Positions 29,521-38,316 of a DNA stretch of 64,000 nt are shown one piece after another. The stretch's first letter is position 1. The number at the start of each line of letters is the position of its first letter. Under the pieces are notes generated by a model. That model saw nothing but the letters and a program-made list of their open reading frames with translations. It was not told the DNA's origin and searched no databases. Made by a program: the position numbers and the translations under genes. The DNA is taken from sequence record OM634661.1, one strand, 5' to 3'.

Positions 29521-31269
29521 TTAAATATAAATGTGTCCTTTCAAAGAAAGCTTGAATCTTTGTTCTTTTAATTTCTCTCTTACATTGGAAAGAGAATCAT
29601 CAACCAAAAGCTTTCCATCTAAAAAGACAGGTCTTAAAAGTTCTTGATCAGATAATTCTTGTTTACCTTTTTGATCAAGATCATCAATACAAATCATATT
29701 GGCGTTTTTGTCTTCAATGACAGAAACCATTCCTCTATGACTTCTTTTTGTACCATCATCAGTTTTAGGATCTTTGAATAGCTTCTTTTCTTGTCCATCA
29801 ATGACAGCATATGTGGCTTTCATTGCAAATCCAAGAGTATCCCTTGTCTGATATTGGAAAGAAAAGGAACCCACGCCGAACACTACACTTGTAGAAACAA
29901 ATCCTTTTTGTTTTAATCTAGCTAAAATATCAGCTGCTCGTTCAAGCGTAATACTATCTCCGTAAATTGCACCAATATGAGAATCGAGAACCTTATACCC
30001 TCTTTTATTAATCGTTCCACCAAAAATGTTCCATAATGATTCAATAAGACCTAAGTCTTTAGAAGAAGGACTAAATTCTACGGTTGAAATATGATCAATT
30101 TCATCAATAAAATAGAATTTCTTTTGGGTGCGATTGTAACCAACTTCAAATATAGCTTTATAATATGTTTGATCTACTTTGAAAGGCATTGAATAAACAT
30201 CTTCTCCAGTAGAATGTTCTCCAGTTTTTTCAGAAGCTAGTGTATTAACATCTTCTTTAAGATCTTGTATAGCTTCTTCAATAGAATCATAAGATGGTAT
30301 ATAAATTCCGCATAAAATGTCAGCAGGATCTCCAGAATCTGGTCTAATGACAATTTTACCATCTCTATTCATAATATCATCTTTAAGAGCAGGTAGAATT
30401 TCATCTACTACTTTCCAAAAATCATAAGTATCTGAAACAATAGACGCAAGTCCAGATGGATAAACTTCTGTAATTAATCGTTTGAAAGCTGCAAGTTCAT
30501 CTCTACTTTCAGGATCAGTATTTGCACTCATAACAGAATGTTCTGTGGCTGGAATAGAAGCACCAATTAGTTCTTTCTTATAATCAGCATTGTAATATTT
30601 CTGATGAAAGAAAATAGCTGGAATGGTGTCTGTTCCAGTAAATGAAAGCAAGTGTGCAGCTCCAGATACTTCAGATGAACTAAAAGATGACATTCCTCTC
30701 ATAGAAAAATCATGAGCTTGAAAGTCCAATTCAGCTAAATCAGCACCTGTTCTATGTGCAAAATCTTCTAATAAATCACGATACATATTAGAAATTGTAG
30801 CACTTGTCATAGGAAGCCAAATTTCATTACTCATAATTGTTTCTAAGTAATTCGTAATCCAAAAGAAATCATCAACTGTGTTTTCAACTGTAAGGACAGG
30901 TACTTTAATAGGTGCAAGAGTTCCTTCTTTTAAAGCAGAAATCTTAATAGGCAAATATCCAAGATCATGAAGCGCTGCAATATGTTCAGAATCAACATGT
31001 TGATCTCCTAATGTATGTCGAATGAAATCTTCATACTCTTGTGCAACTTCTTCTTTTGAACGAGAGAAGAATTCTTTATTGAAATAATCTAACAAAATAT
31101 TTTTAATAAAATATTGGATGCCAAAAACAACAACATGATTAGCTTGAGGAAAATACTTATTGGTTCTTGGAACAAAAGTAGAATAAATCCTCTGTGTTTT
31201 TTCAGGATACTGGTTTTTATGACTTACTTTATAAAAATCACATAAAAGTGTTGCAGGTGTATTATTCAT
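29521..31269 (-). CDS. Nampt-family phosphoribosyltransferase (Namat-like, NARP1)
   Basis: CDFYKVSH, HDFSMRG, HLLSFTGTDT, IPATEHS, SIVSDTYD, VIRPDSGDP, IYGDSIT, KDPKTD. Confidence 0.9.
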   Translation of the reverse strand: MNNTPATLLCDFYKVSHKNQYPEKTQRIYSTFVPRTNKYFPQANHVVVFGIQYFIKNILLDYFNKEFFSRSKEEVAQEYEDFIRHTLGDQHVDSEHIAALHDLGYLPIKISALKEGTLAPIKVPVLTVENTVDDFFWITNYLETIMSNEIWLPMTSATISNMYRDLLEDFAHRTGADLAELDFQAHDFSMRGMSSFSSSEVSGAAHLLSFTGTDTIPAIFFHQKYYNADYKKELIGASIPATEHSVMSANTDPESRDELAAFKRLITEVYPSGLASIVSDTYDFWKVVDEILPALKDDIMNRDGKIVIRPDSGDPADILCGIYIPSYDSIEEAIQDLKEDVNTLASEKTGEHSTGEDVYSMPFKVDQTYYKAIFEVGYNRTQKKFYFIDEIDHISTVEFSPSSKDLGLIESLWNIFGGTINKRGYKVLDSHIGAIYGDSITLERAADILARLKQKGFVSTSVVFGVGSFSFQYQTRDTLGFAMKATYAVIDGQEKKLFKDPKTDDGTKRSHRGMVSVIEDKNANMICIDDLDQKGKQELSDQELLRPVFLDGKLLVDDSLSNVREKLKEQRFKLSLKGHIYI

Positions 31270-32186
31270 TTAATAATCTCCTTTTTTATTGATTGCATTT
31301 TCAATTCATTTAAAGCAATTAATGATAAAGCTTTTTGTTTTAATTCTTCATACTCCTTATGTCTTCGTAAGGATATATTAGGATTGGAAAAATGTTTTCG
31401 GATAGTATATTCAAGATCTTCTCTTAATAAAGTGGTGTGACCTTCCTCTAAATCAGGGAAATAATAGTTAGCAAAATTAGTTCTAACATAAATAATATCA
31501 TTTCCTGAAAAGTAAGAAACAAAAGAATCAAATTTCTCAAATTTTAGTACACTAAAATCTTTTTCTGAATGAATTTCAGTACTTGAAAAATTAAAAGGAC
31601 AATCTATTACTACATTTCCAGATATGATTGTATTATCAAAAAGATATGCATCACCAGAAACATGTACATCTCCACGTACAGTTGAATCATCAATTTCTGC
31701 GTTTCCAGAAATATATGCATTTTCATGCACAACAGATGATCCATAAACTTCTGCATACTTAGATACAATAGCATCTCCATAAACATGTGCATTGTGATAA
31801 ATTTGAGCGTTTCCGTTTATCTTAGCATTTCCAGAAACACGAGCAAAATCAGAGATAACAGCACTTTCATAAACTTTAGAGTGACCGCAAACAATTGTGT
31901 TATCTGAAACAATAGAAGATCCGTAAATACAAGCATGTTCAAAAACTTGTGCTGAATCTTCTATTTGAGCATCTTCAGAAACTCTAGCTTGATCATAAAC
32001 ACAAGCTGAATAATAAATCCAGCAATCTCCATCTTGAGAAAGATTGTATTCTGAATGGACAAGTCCTCCTCGTTCACCTTTTACAACTCCTATAGATGGA
32101 ATATCTTTAAGAGCTACAATACGAAAAAGCTTAATTTTTCTTCGAGTCATACCCGTTTCTATTAATCTATACTTCAAGTATTTCAC
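31266..32186 (-). CDS. hexapeptide-repeat (left-handed beta-helix) phage protein, paralogue 1
   Basis: RIVALKD..KGERGGLV.SE.NLSQ.GDCWIY followed by (V/I)xxxA repeats. Confidence 0.8.
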   Translation of the reverse strand: MKYLKYRLIETGMTRRKIKLFRIVALKDIPSIGVVKGERGGLVHSEYNLSQDGDCWIYYSACVYDQARVSEDAQIEDSAQVFEHACIYGSSIVSDNTIVCGHSKVYESAVISDFARVSGNAKINGNAQIYHNAHVYGDAIVSKYAEVYGSSVVHENAYISGNAEIDDSTVRGDVHVSGDAYLFDNTIISGNVVIDCPFNFSSTEIHSEKDFSVLKFEKFDSFVSYFSGNDIIYVRTNFANYYFPDLEEGHTTLLREDLEYTIRKHFSNPNISLRRHKEYEELKQKALSLIALNELKMQSIKKEIIK

Positions 32187-32203
32187 CGCCTTTGCATTTA
32201 GAA

Positions 32204-32977
32204 TTAAAAGCTATTCATTACTCGAATAACATCAATTGAATAATTAACACCTTGAGAAGCAAATTTAAATTCATTCAATTTAAGCTTATGTGACAATTCA
32301 TCAAAAATAGGATCTCCAATGGGTATATGAGATTGTAAATATATTATGAAATCATGGGTATTTTGTTTGGAATACTTGTGTTCAAAAACGATTTCATTAT
32401 TTACAATATGAGAAATGTAATAATAATCTCCAAAGAGATGATTGATAGTAAAAAGAGTATAATCATTTAACGTTGCAAAAGACTTTGATCCTTGCAATCT
32501 TAAATTTTTAAAATTATCATTTGCAGATACCGAGACATGATCTTGAACAATAGTAGTTCCACTTAAAGAAGTATTTCCATGAACTGTTGCATAACCCATT
32601 ACTCGAACTAAATCATTAACTTTAGCATGACCATAAATCTGTGCATTACCTTCAATACATGCATCATTTTTAATCATTGCGTTTCCATAAACTTTTGCGT
32701 TTTGACAAATATGTGAAGATTGAGTAATAACTGCATTTCCATAAACTTTTGCATTGTCGCATATAATAGATCTATCAAAAACTTTTGCATTACCTTTTAC
32801 GATAGCGTTATCAAGTACAGTAGCTGTGTCATAGATCCAACAATCTCCTTCATGGGAAAGGTTCTCTTCTGATTGAACAAATCCACCTAAATCACCTTTT
32901 TTGACATCTCCAAAATCCTTTAATGCTTTAATTCTATATGCAGATGCCCTATTAACATCAAGTAGAGTGTACTTCAA
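32204..32977 (-). CDS. hexapeptide-repeat phage protein, paralogue 2
   Basis: RIKALKDFGDVKKGDLGGFVQSEENLSHEGDCWIYD plus VxGNA repeats. Confidence 0.8.
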   Translation of the reverse strand: MKYTLLDVNRASAYRIKALKDFGDVKKGDLGGFVQSEENLSHEGDCWIYDTATVLDNAIVKGNAKVFDRSIICDNAKVYGNAVITQSSHICQNAKVYGNAMIKNDACIEGNAQIYGHAKVNDLVRVMGYATVHGNTSLSGTTIVQDHVSVSANDNFKNLRLQGSKSFATLNDYTLFTINHLFGDYYYISHIVNNEIVFEHKYSKQNTHDFIIYLQSHIPIGDPIFDELSHKLKLNEFKFASQGVNYSIDVIRVMNSF

Positions 32978-32992
32978 TGTATTTCACCGCCT

Positions 32993-33814
32993 TTAAAAAA
33001 CATTCATGACAGTAATTCGATCCTTATATTTTTGATTGTGCCAATCATTTTGATTAGAAAGCAGAGAGTCTGTTGTATACAAATGATCAATGTGATCAAA
33101 CAATTCACCTTTAAAAACATTATCTTCAGCATGACAAACAAGAAGGTAGATTTTTTGAAAACCCATTTCTCTAAGCTTTTTAGATGTATGAACAAAAGTT
33201 CCTCCATAGCTTGATAAATCATCAACAATAATAGCTGTTTGAGGATCTTGTTTTAAATCACCTATGATTTGAAGATTGTGGATTTGTCCAGTTTGAAAAT
33301 CTCTTTCTTTATGACCAATTAAAATGTTTGGATATTTCATTTTAGAATATCTTTTTGCTGCACCACTGTCAGGAAATACAATATAATCTTTTTCAGGATT
33401 AATAACTGAATCATTTACTAAAGCAGATAAATAATCAAAGTTTGCGTAAAAAGATTTAGAACGGTTAAGTAAAGCAGGGGTGACATCAGAATGAGGTTCA
33501 ATGATTTTGACTGCATCAAATTCTAAGGAATTGATTAATTCAGAAACATATTTCAAGGTAAAGGGACTGTCATTTTCAGATCTGTCCATTCTACTATATG
33601 GCATATAAGTAATAGTGAGATAACTAGGTTTTCGTGAAATTTGATCTAAATATTTTTTAACAAAATAAAGTTCCAAAAGTGATTCATCACCAGTGTATTT
33701 ATAAGAAATTTCGTTAACATCTTCAGTGAGGAGATCTTTAATGATTTCATCCAACTTCAATTCTCCATTTGGAAATTGATTGTTTTCAAGTGCTACACCA
33801 TTTAATTTAATCAT
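32993..33814 (-). CDS. ribose-phosphate pyrophosphokinase-like protein (Adps-like, NARP1)
   Basis: FPNGE, YMPYSRMDR, EPHS, VFPDSGAAKRY, KERDF.TG.I, IIVDDLSSYGGTF, LLVCH. Confidence 0.88.
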   Translation of the reverse strand: MIKLNGVALENNQFPNGELKLDEIIKDLLTEDVNEISYKYTGDESLLELYFVKKYLDQISRKPSYLTITYMPYSRMDRSENDSPFTLKYVSELINSLEFDAVKIIEPHSDVTPALLNRSKSFYANFDYLSALVNDSVINPEKDYIVFPDSGAAKRYSKMKYPNILIGHKERDFQTGQIHNLQIIGDLKQDPQTAIIVDDLSSYGGTFVHTSKKLREMGFQKIYLLVCHAEDNVFKGELFDHIDHLYTTDSLLSNQNDWHNQKYKDRITVMNVF

Positions 33815-33828
33815 AAAATATCATTCCC

Positions 33829-34395
33829 TTATCTTTTTTGTTTTAAATAGTTTTCTTCAATCATAGGTAATCGTTTCATCATTTCTTCATATAATTCTTC
33901 AATAGTAATAAGTTCACCAAATGCCTTATGTTTAAAGTGAGGACTATCAACACCTACATTGATTTGATTATCCCAAGAAGATTCATTACTATGAATATGA
34001 CCATGAATAGACCATTTTCTAGGCCTCAATCCAATATCCATTGGGTAATGTGCAAGCCACATTTGATGCTTCTCATATTTCATTGTGATTCCAACTTCAT
34101 AATAAGCATGAAGCAAACCCATTTCATTGATTTTTTTATAATAATTAGAATGGTCGTGATTTCCTTGAATTAAAATAATATTCCCATTTAATCTTTCTAA
34201 TACATTAATCGTATTTTCTAAATTGGATAAACAAAGATCTCCTAAATGATAAACTGTATCATAATTTTTGACTTGTTTATTCCAATTATTAATCATCTTA
34301 TTAGTCATTTCTTCAACTGAATCATAAGGACGATTTTCAAAATTTAAAATATTTTTATGAAAATAATGAGTGTCAGCTGTAAAATATACCGTCAT
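33829..34395 (-). CDS. calcineurin-like metallophosphoesterase
   Basis: ADTHYFH, HLGD, GNHD, HYP, HGHIH. Confidence 0.88.
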   Translation of the reverse strand: MTVYFTADTHYFHKNILNFENRPYDSVEEMTNKMINNWNKQVKNYDTVYHLGDLCLSNLENTINVLERLNGNIILIQGNHDHSNYYKKINEMGLLHAYYEVGITMKYEKHQMWLAHYPMDIGLRPRKWSIHGHIHSNESSWDNQINVGVDSPHFKHKAFGELITIEELYEEMMKRLPMIEENYLKQKR

Positions 34396-34410
34396 TTTAA
34401 AGACTCCTTT

Positions 34411-34692
34411 TTAAAGTAAAATTTTAAACTTATCAACAAGAAAATCTTTAAAGTCTTCTTCTGAGTTGACATCATCAGGAACTTTATCTGGGACAGTGAC
34501 TCTCATTTGATAACTGTTAGACATAAGATAGTAAGAATCATAATCTAAAATTTCTTCTTTTTCAGTAAAAGATTCTTGATATCCTTCTCGAAGATTAAAA
34601 AACATATCTCCTTTGTAATTAATAACAACAACATATTCATCATTGAATTCTTTTAAAGTGATAGGATCTCTGCCTAATTTAAAATTGGTCAT
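34411..34692 (-). CDS. hypothetical protein
   Basis: 93-aa ORF, RBS GGAGG. Confidence 0.65.
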   Translation of the reverse strand: MTNFKLGRDPITLKEFNDEYVVVINYKGDMFFNLREGYQESFTEKEEILDYDSYYLMSNSYQMRVTVPDKVPDDVNSEEDFKDFLVDKFKILL

Positions 34693-34715
34693 TTAAAATA
34701 CCTCCATAATATATA

Positions 34716-35498
34716 TTAATAATCTAATGATTCTTCAATGATTTCAATTAATAAATTATTGATATCATTAAAAGAAGGTTCATTGGGAATAGTAGATGAA
34801 AGAGCAGCATTTTTTAAATCTTGTTCATAAGAAACTATCATTTCCAATGCTTGATCAAAAGTGAATTTCCCAGATCTACAATCAAGTAAGAGCTGTCTAT
34901 TTGGTCTGTAAGTAGAATAATCACAAGTTTCAAGTATCTCAATAGCACTTGTTAATAATCTTATACAATGCATAAAAAATTTAGTATCATATCCATACAT
35001 TTCAATAAGGTCTTTTCTAGCTGAACCATTAGAAGATTTTTCTTTAAGCTTTTTCATTTGTGAATGAGCATAGCCAGCAAATTTATTCACAATGTTTTTA
35101 GAAAAAAAGAGATTTTTGTTGTCAATTAATTTTTGACCAACACTTGTGATTTTAAGATAATCTTTATTTCTAAGACAAAGTAATTCAATATTGTTAGGAA
35201 CACCTTTCATTGCATCACGTACAAATTTTGTAATGTGAATAATATTGATATCCAAATCATCTTTAGTGTTTTTAAAATTTTTCCCACCAGTATTGTTGTA
35301 TTCATTAAAAGAATTAAGACCTACAAAATAATCTTTAGGAGGGACGCAAATGCCTTTAAAATCCTTATCTGATTCAGGAGTATTTGTTCCATATGCATGG
35401 CTACCTGTAAGACCTAAAATGATAGTCCTATCTTCAAGCCAATTAAATTGAGATTCAATAATAAGTTTATCCATTTTAATCAACTCCTTAGATATCAA
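34716..35498 (-). CDS. RlaP-like Pol-beta superfamily nucleotidyltransferase
   Basis: LTGSHAYGTNTPESDKDFKG, GVPNNIELL, YDTKFFMHCIRLL. Confidence 0.8.
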   Translation of the reverse strand: MISKELIKMDKLIIESQFNWLEDRTIILGLTGSHAYGTNTPESDKDFKGICVPPKDYFVGLNSFNEYNNTGGKNFKNTKDDLDINIIHITKFVRDAMKGVPNNIELLCLRNKDYLKITSVGQKLIDNKNLFFSKNIVNKFAGYAHSQMKKLKEKSSNGSARKDLIEMYGYDTKFFMHCIRLLTSAIEILETCDYSTYRPNRQLLLDCRSGKFTFDQALEMIVSYEQDLKNAALSSTIPNEPSFNDINNLLIEIIEESLDY

Positions 35499-36337
35499 AG
35501 TTTTAATATCTTGATAGATTTTTTGATTTCTTCTGAAACGTTATCTGTAGACCACTCACCTTTATATCCAAGAGGAGAACAAATACATTCAATGCCAGAA
35601 ATGTTTGAATGATACTTCTTATGTGTATGTCCAAACTGAGCAATTCTGACTTTATATTTTTCAGCTAACAATCCAATTTGCTGATTACCTATAAAGGCAT
35701 TGAAATAATCCCAAGAAGGATCATTTTTACGTTCAACAAATTCAATAAAAGGAACAATATGTGTAACTAAAACAATTTGATTGGTTAAATGTTGTGGGAC
35801 TTTTTTAATACTTTCTTCTAATTTAGAAGTAAAAAATGAAGCAACATGTTCATTTGAAGATTTGCCGAAATTCACATAATCTTTGTCTGACCAAACAGAT
35901 CCTGCATAAGTCATTTTCTCTAATTCTTTTTTAGAGAAAGAAGGGTGAGCGGTGCTATAGTTGTACCATCCCATTTCTCCTATGAAATAATATCCTTTAT
36001 AAGAAAAGAATGAATGTTTAATATCATATTGATCACAAAGTGCTTCAAATTCATTCAGAGCACCATAAGGTTCATTTCTATATTGCCTATCCCACATTTC
36101 ATGATTGCCTGGAACAGCAAAGACTTCAAGACAATTTCCTGTTTGGATTTCATATTGTTTTTTAATTGAGTTCAGTTTTTTAAAAGTTGTTTTTAAAGAG
36201 CTAGACATGTCTCCAGCATAAGAGAGAATATCAACTTTATTTTCAATTAAAAAAGACACCGTTTCATCAATAATGCGTTCTGCAATAGATTGACGAAAAG
36301 TGTCTATATGATAATCAGAAGTAAATGCTACCTTCAT
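35495..36337 (-). CDS. calcineurin-like metallophosphoesterase
   Basis: SDYHID, AGD, PGNHE, VTHIVP, FGHTH. Confidence 0.85.
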   Translation of the reverse strand: MKVAFTSDYHIDTFRQSIAERIIDETVSFLIENKVDILSYAGDMSSSLKTTFKKLNSIKKQYEIQTGNCLEVFAVPGNHEMWDRQYRNEPYGALNEFEALCDQYDIKHSFFSYKGYYFIGEMGWYNYSTAHPSFSKKELEKMTYAGSVWSDKDYVNFGKSSNEHVASFFTSKLEESIKKVPQHLTNQIVLVTHIVPFIEFVERKNDPSWDYFNAFIGNQQIGLLAEKYKVRIAQFGHTHKKYHSNISGIECICSPLGYKGEWSTDNVSEEIKKSIKILKL

Positions 36338-36342
36338 TCAAA

Positions 36343-36597
36343 TCACCTTTCTTTATCCTTATTCTTTAAAATGGTTTTTTCAATTCTAGAAACAGCAACA
36401 TCAATTGTGTGTTTTAAGAATTCACATGTTCTAAATTCAATTTTGTTATGAAAATCATTTAATCCTATAGTAGATATAGTATCATATAGAAAACCAAAAA
36501 AGAAGTTTGGACTTAAATCAAAATAATTCGATGGAATTTCAATGAATATTTTATCATAAGATGAAGCATGTCTTTTAAGAGATATAGACTTGCTCAC
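36343..36597 (-). CDS. hypothetical protein, STAS-like (DUF4325-like); N-terminus possibly frameshifted from ATG 36668
   Basis: IFIEIP..LSPNFFFGFL..IG motif; the only strong RBS (AAAGGAG) leads an out-of-frame ATG upstream. Confidence 0.4.
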   Translation of the reverse strand: MSKSISLKRHASSYDKIFIEIPSNYFDLSPNFFFGFLYDTISTIGLNDFHNKIEFRTCEFLKHTIDVAVSRIEKTILKNKDKER

Positions 36598-36741
36598 ATT
36601 TAGGCCATGATACTTTTCTTTAATAAAAAAGATGGAATATTGATATGAATATTAAAATGAGATGACATTTTAATGCTCCTTTGGAATGTATTCTTAGCAG
36701 ACTCCCCCCTGGGATATCCCACTTATTATAAAAAAAGAGAA

Positions 36742-37023
36742 TTAAATTAAATCTTCTCTTTGTAAAAATATTTGATTTAATTTTTGTTTTAGATGATTGA
36801 AAGTTTCAAATTTAATATAAAGATTATCTTCATCAAAATCAATATCTTGAATAACGATAATATACTTTCCAGAGTCACCTCGGTATATGAGCATATTTTG
36901 TCCAAATCCAATATGATCATTTAATCTGACAAATTGCTTTTTATCATCATAATCAAAGACAGAATCATTATAATAATTTTTCACTAATTGAACAATCTCA
37001 TCATGTTCTTGTTTTGTCAACAT
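36742..37023 (-). CDS. hypothetical protein
   Basis: 93-aa ORF, RBS AAGGAG. Confidence 0.65.
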   Translation of the reverse strand: MLTKQEHDEIVQLVKNYYNDSVFDYDDKKQFVRLNDHIGFGQNMLIYRGDSGKYIIVIQDIDFDEDNLYIKFETFNHLKQKLNQIFLQREDLI

Positions 37024-37044
37024 AAAATCAACTCCTTTATAAAT

Positions 37045-37082
37045 AAAAGATCGCCCTCGGCTTGGAAACTAAGGCGATCTTT
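37045..37082 (-). terminator. intrinsic terminator downstream of the minigene
   Basis: AAGATCGCCTT..GAGGGCGATCTTTT. Confidence 0.7.
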
Positions 37083-37148
37083 CTCGTTTAATTTGTTATA
37101 TCTAGGTGTTTTTAGGATAACTAATTCCTATATTCATGATGATATTAA

Positions 37149-37172
37149 TTATTTAACAACGATGCGTGGCAT
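37149..37172 (-). CDS. 7-codon minigene MPRIVVK, identical to the C-terminal cap of the poly-Ubl precursor
   Basis: AAGGAGGTG-ACTATTC-ATG CCA CGC ATC GTT GTT AAA TAA. Confidence 0.6.
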   Translation of the reverse strand: MPRIVVK

Positions 37173-37217
37173 GAATAGTCACCTCCTTAAAAGGATGTTA
37201 GATATATATATAGTATA

Positions 37218-37649
37218 TTAGATCTCTTGTACTACTTCTGTTTCTTCAGGTAGAACTGAAATCTTATATGCTCCTAATCGAATATCACTTTTATGTGGAT
37301 GAGAATCAACAATTGTTGTTTTTCTTGTTTTAGGCTGCTTTGTTTCAAAAGACATATCAAGTTCATGAAGTCTTCCAGTTGCAACGATAAATGATCCAAC
37401 TTGAATCGGGTTCTTTTGACTAACTTCATCAAATAAATCTTTTGGTAAAAATACAGTGAACTCTCCGAGTCCATCATCAACTGTTAAATAAACAGCTGCT
37501 GGGTCATCTTCTGTATTAGGCATAAAAGAAGATGTATCTAAAATAGATAAAACTTTTCCACCTAACTTCATGCTCTGCCCAGAATTATAATTTCCTTTAA
37601 TTGCAGCAGTGAAAGTAGTGACATGAGGCTTAATAATTTTAAAGATCAT
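37218..37649 (-). CDS. stand-alone OB-fold protein (DnaE C-terminal/anticodon-binding type)
   Basis: LGGKVLSI..AVYLTVDDGLGEFTVFLP..F..IQVGSFIVATGRL. Confidence 0.6.
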   Translation of the reverse strand: MIFKIIKPHVTTFTAAIKGNYNSGQSMKLGGKVLSILDTSSFMPNTEDDPAAVYLTVDDGLGEFTVFLPKDLFDEVSQKNPIQVGSFIVATGRLHELDMSFETKQPKTRKTTIVDSHPHKSDIRLGAYKISVLPEETEVVQEI

Positions 37650-37715
37650 ATTTTAAACAACTCCTTTATCCTTTAATTCACTCTAAGCATTTTGAATATT
37701 AAAAATCAAGTCTTT

Positions 37716-38306
37716 TTAAGAGATATATTCAGAATATTTTCTTGTGACCAAATGTTGAAGAATTTGTATGAGTTCATGTGCTTTATTTACTAAGTAAACA
37801 ATGTCCGTAGAACTCAGTTGATGAATGTTTACAATAAGTTCTGCAATAGATTTGTTAACATCATCAAAATGCAGATACCAAACAACCCTATAATCTTTTA
37901 ATTTAAGAAAATCATGCATATAACTAATATAATCATCAAGTTGATCATCAATATTCTCTAGAGCTTTTTGCATTTCACCAGATATAAAAAACATACCTAA
38001 AGCATATTGAAGACTATATGAGAATTCATCCTCAATCATGCTTTGTAATTCTTCAAACTCTTTAAATTGGTTTCCACATGAAGTCTTAATTTCTTTAGAA
38101 AGTTCTGAAAAGATTTGTATATAATATTGAAGAATAGAGTCTTTGATATCAGATCTTTTTTTATCAGAAAAGATATAGGCTGATATTAAAGACTCAAAAG
38201 GATTTTTCTGTTCGGATGTTAAAGTATCATGGGTAGCATGAGATTCAGGTTCAGAAAATAGCTTTTTAATATGAAAATAAGCTTCTCTTTCATTTTGAGA
38301 ACTCAA
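37716..38306 (-). CDS. hypothetical protein
   Basis: 196-aa ORF, RBS GAGGTG. Confidence 0.7.
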   Translation of the reverse strand: MSSQNEREAYFHIKKLFSEPESHATHDTLTSEQKNPFESLISAYIFSDKKRSDIKDSILQYYIQIFSELSKEIKTSCGNQFKEFEELQSMIEDEFSYSLQYALGMFFISGEMQKALENIDDQLDDYISYMHDFLKLKDYRVVWYLHFDDVNKSIAELIVNIHQLSSTDIVYLVNKAHELIQILQHLVTRKYSEYIS

Positions 38307-38316
38307 TCATATCACC

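Noticed and set aside
29521-31269. NARP2 (Nampt plus NMNAT) pathway
   Set aside because: No NMNAT-like gene was recognised and the linked partner is Prs-like, which fits NARP1. An NMNAT outside the window cannot be excluded.
31266-32977. LpxA/LpxD acyltransferase annotation for the hexapeptide proteins
   Set aside because: The host is Gram-positive, the N-cap is phage-type and only the repeat pattern is shared.
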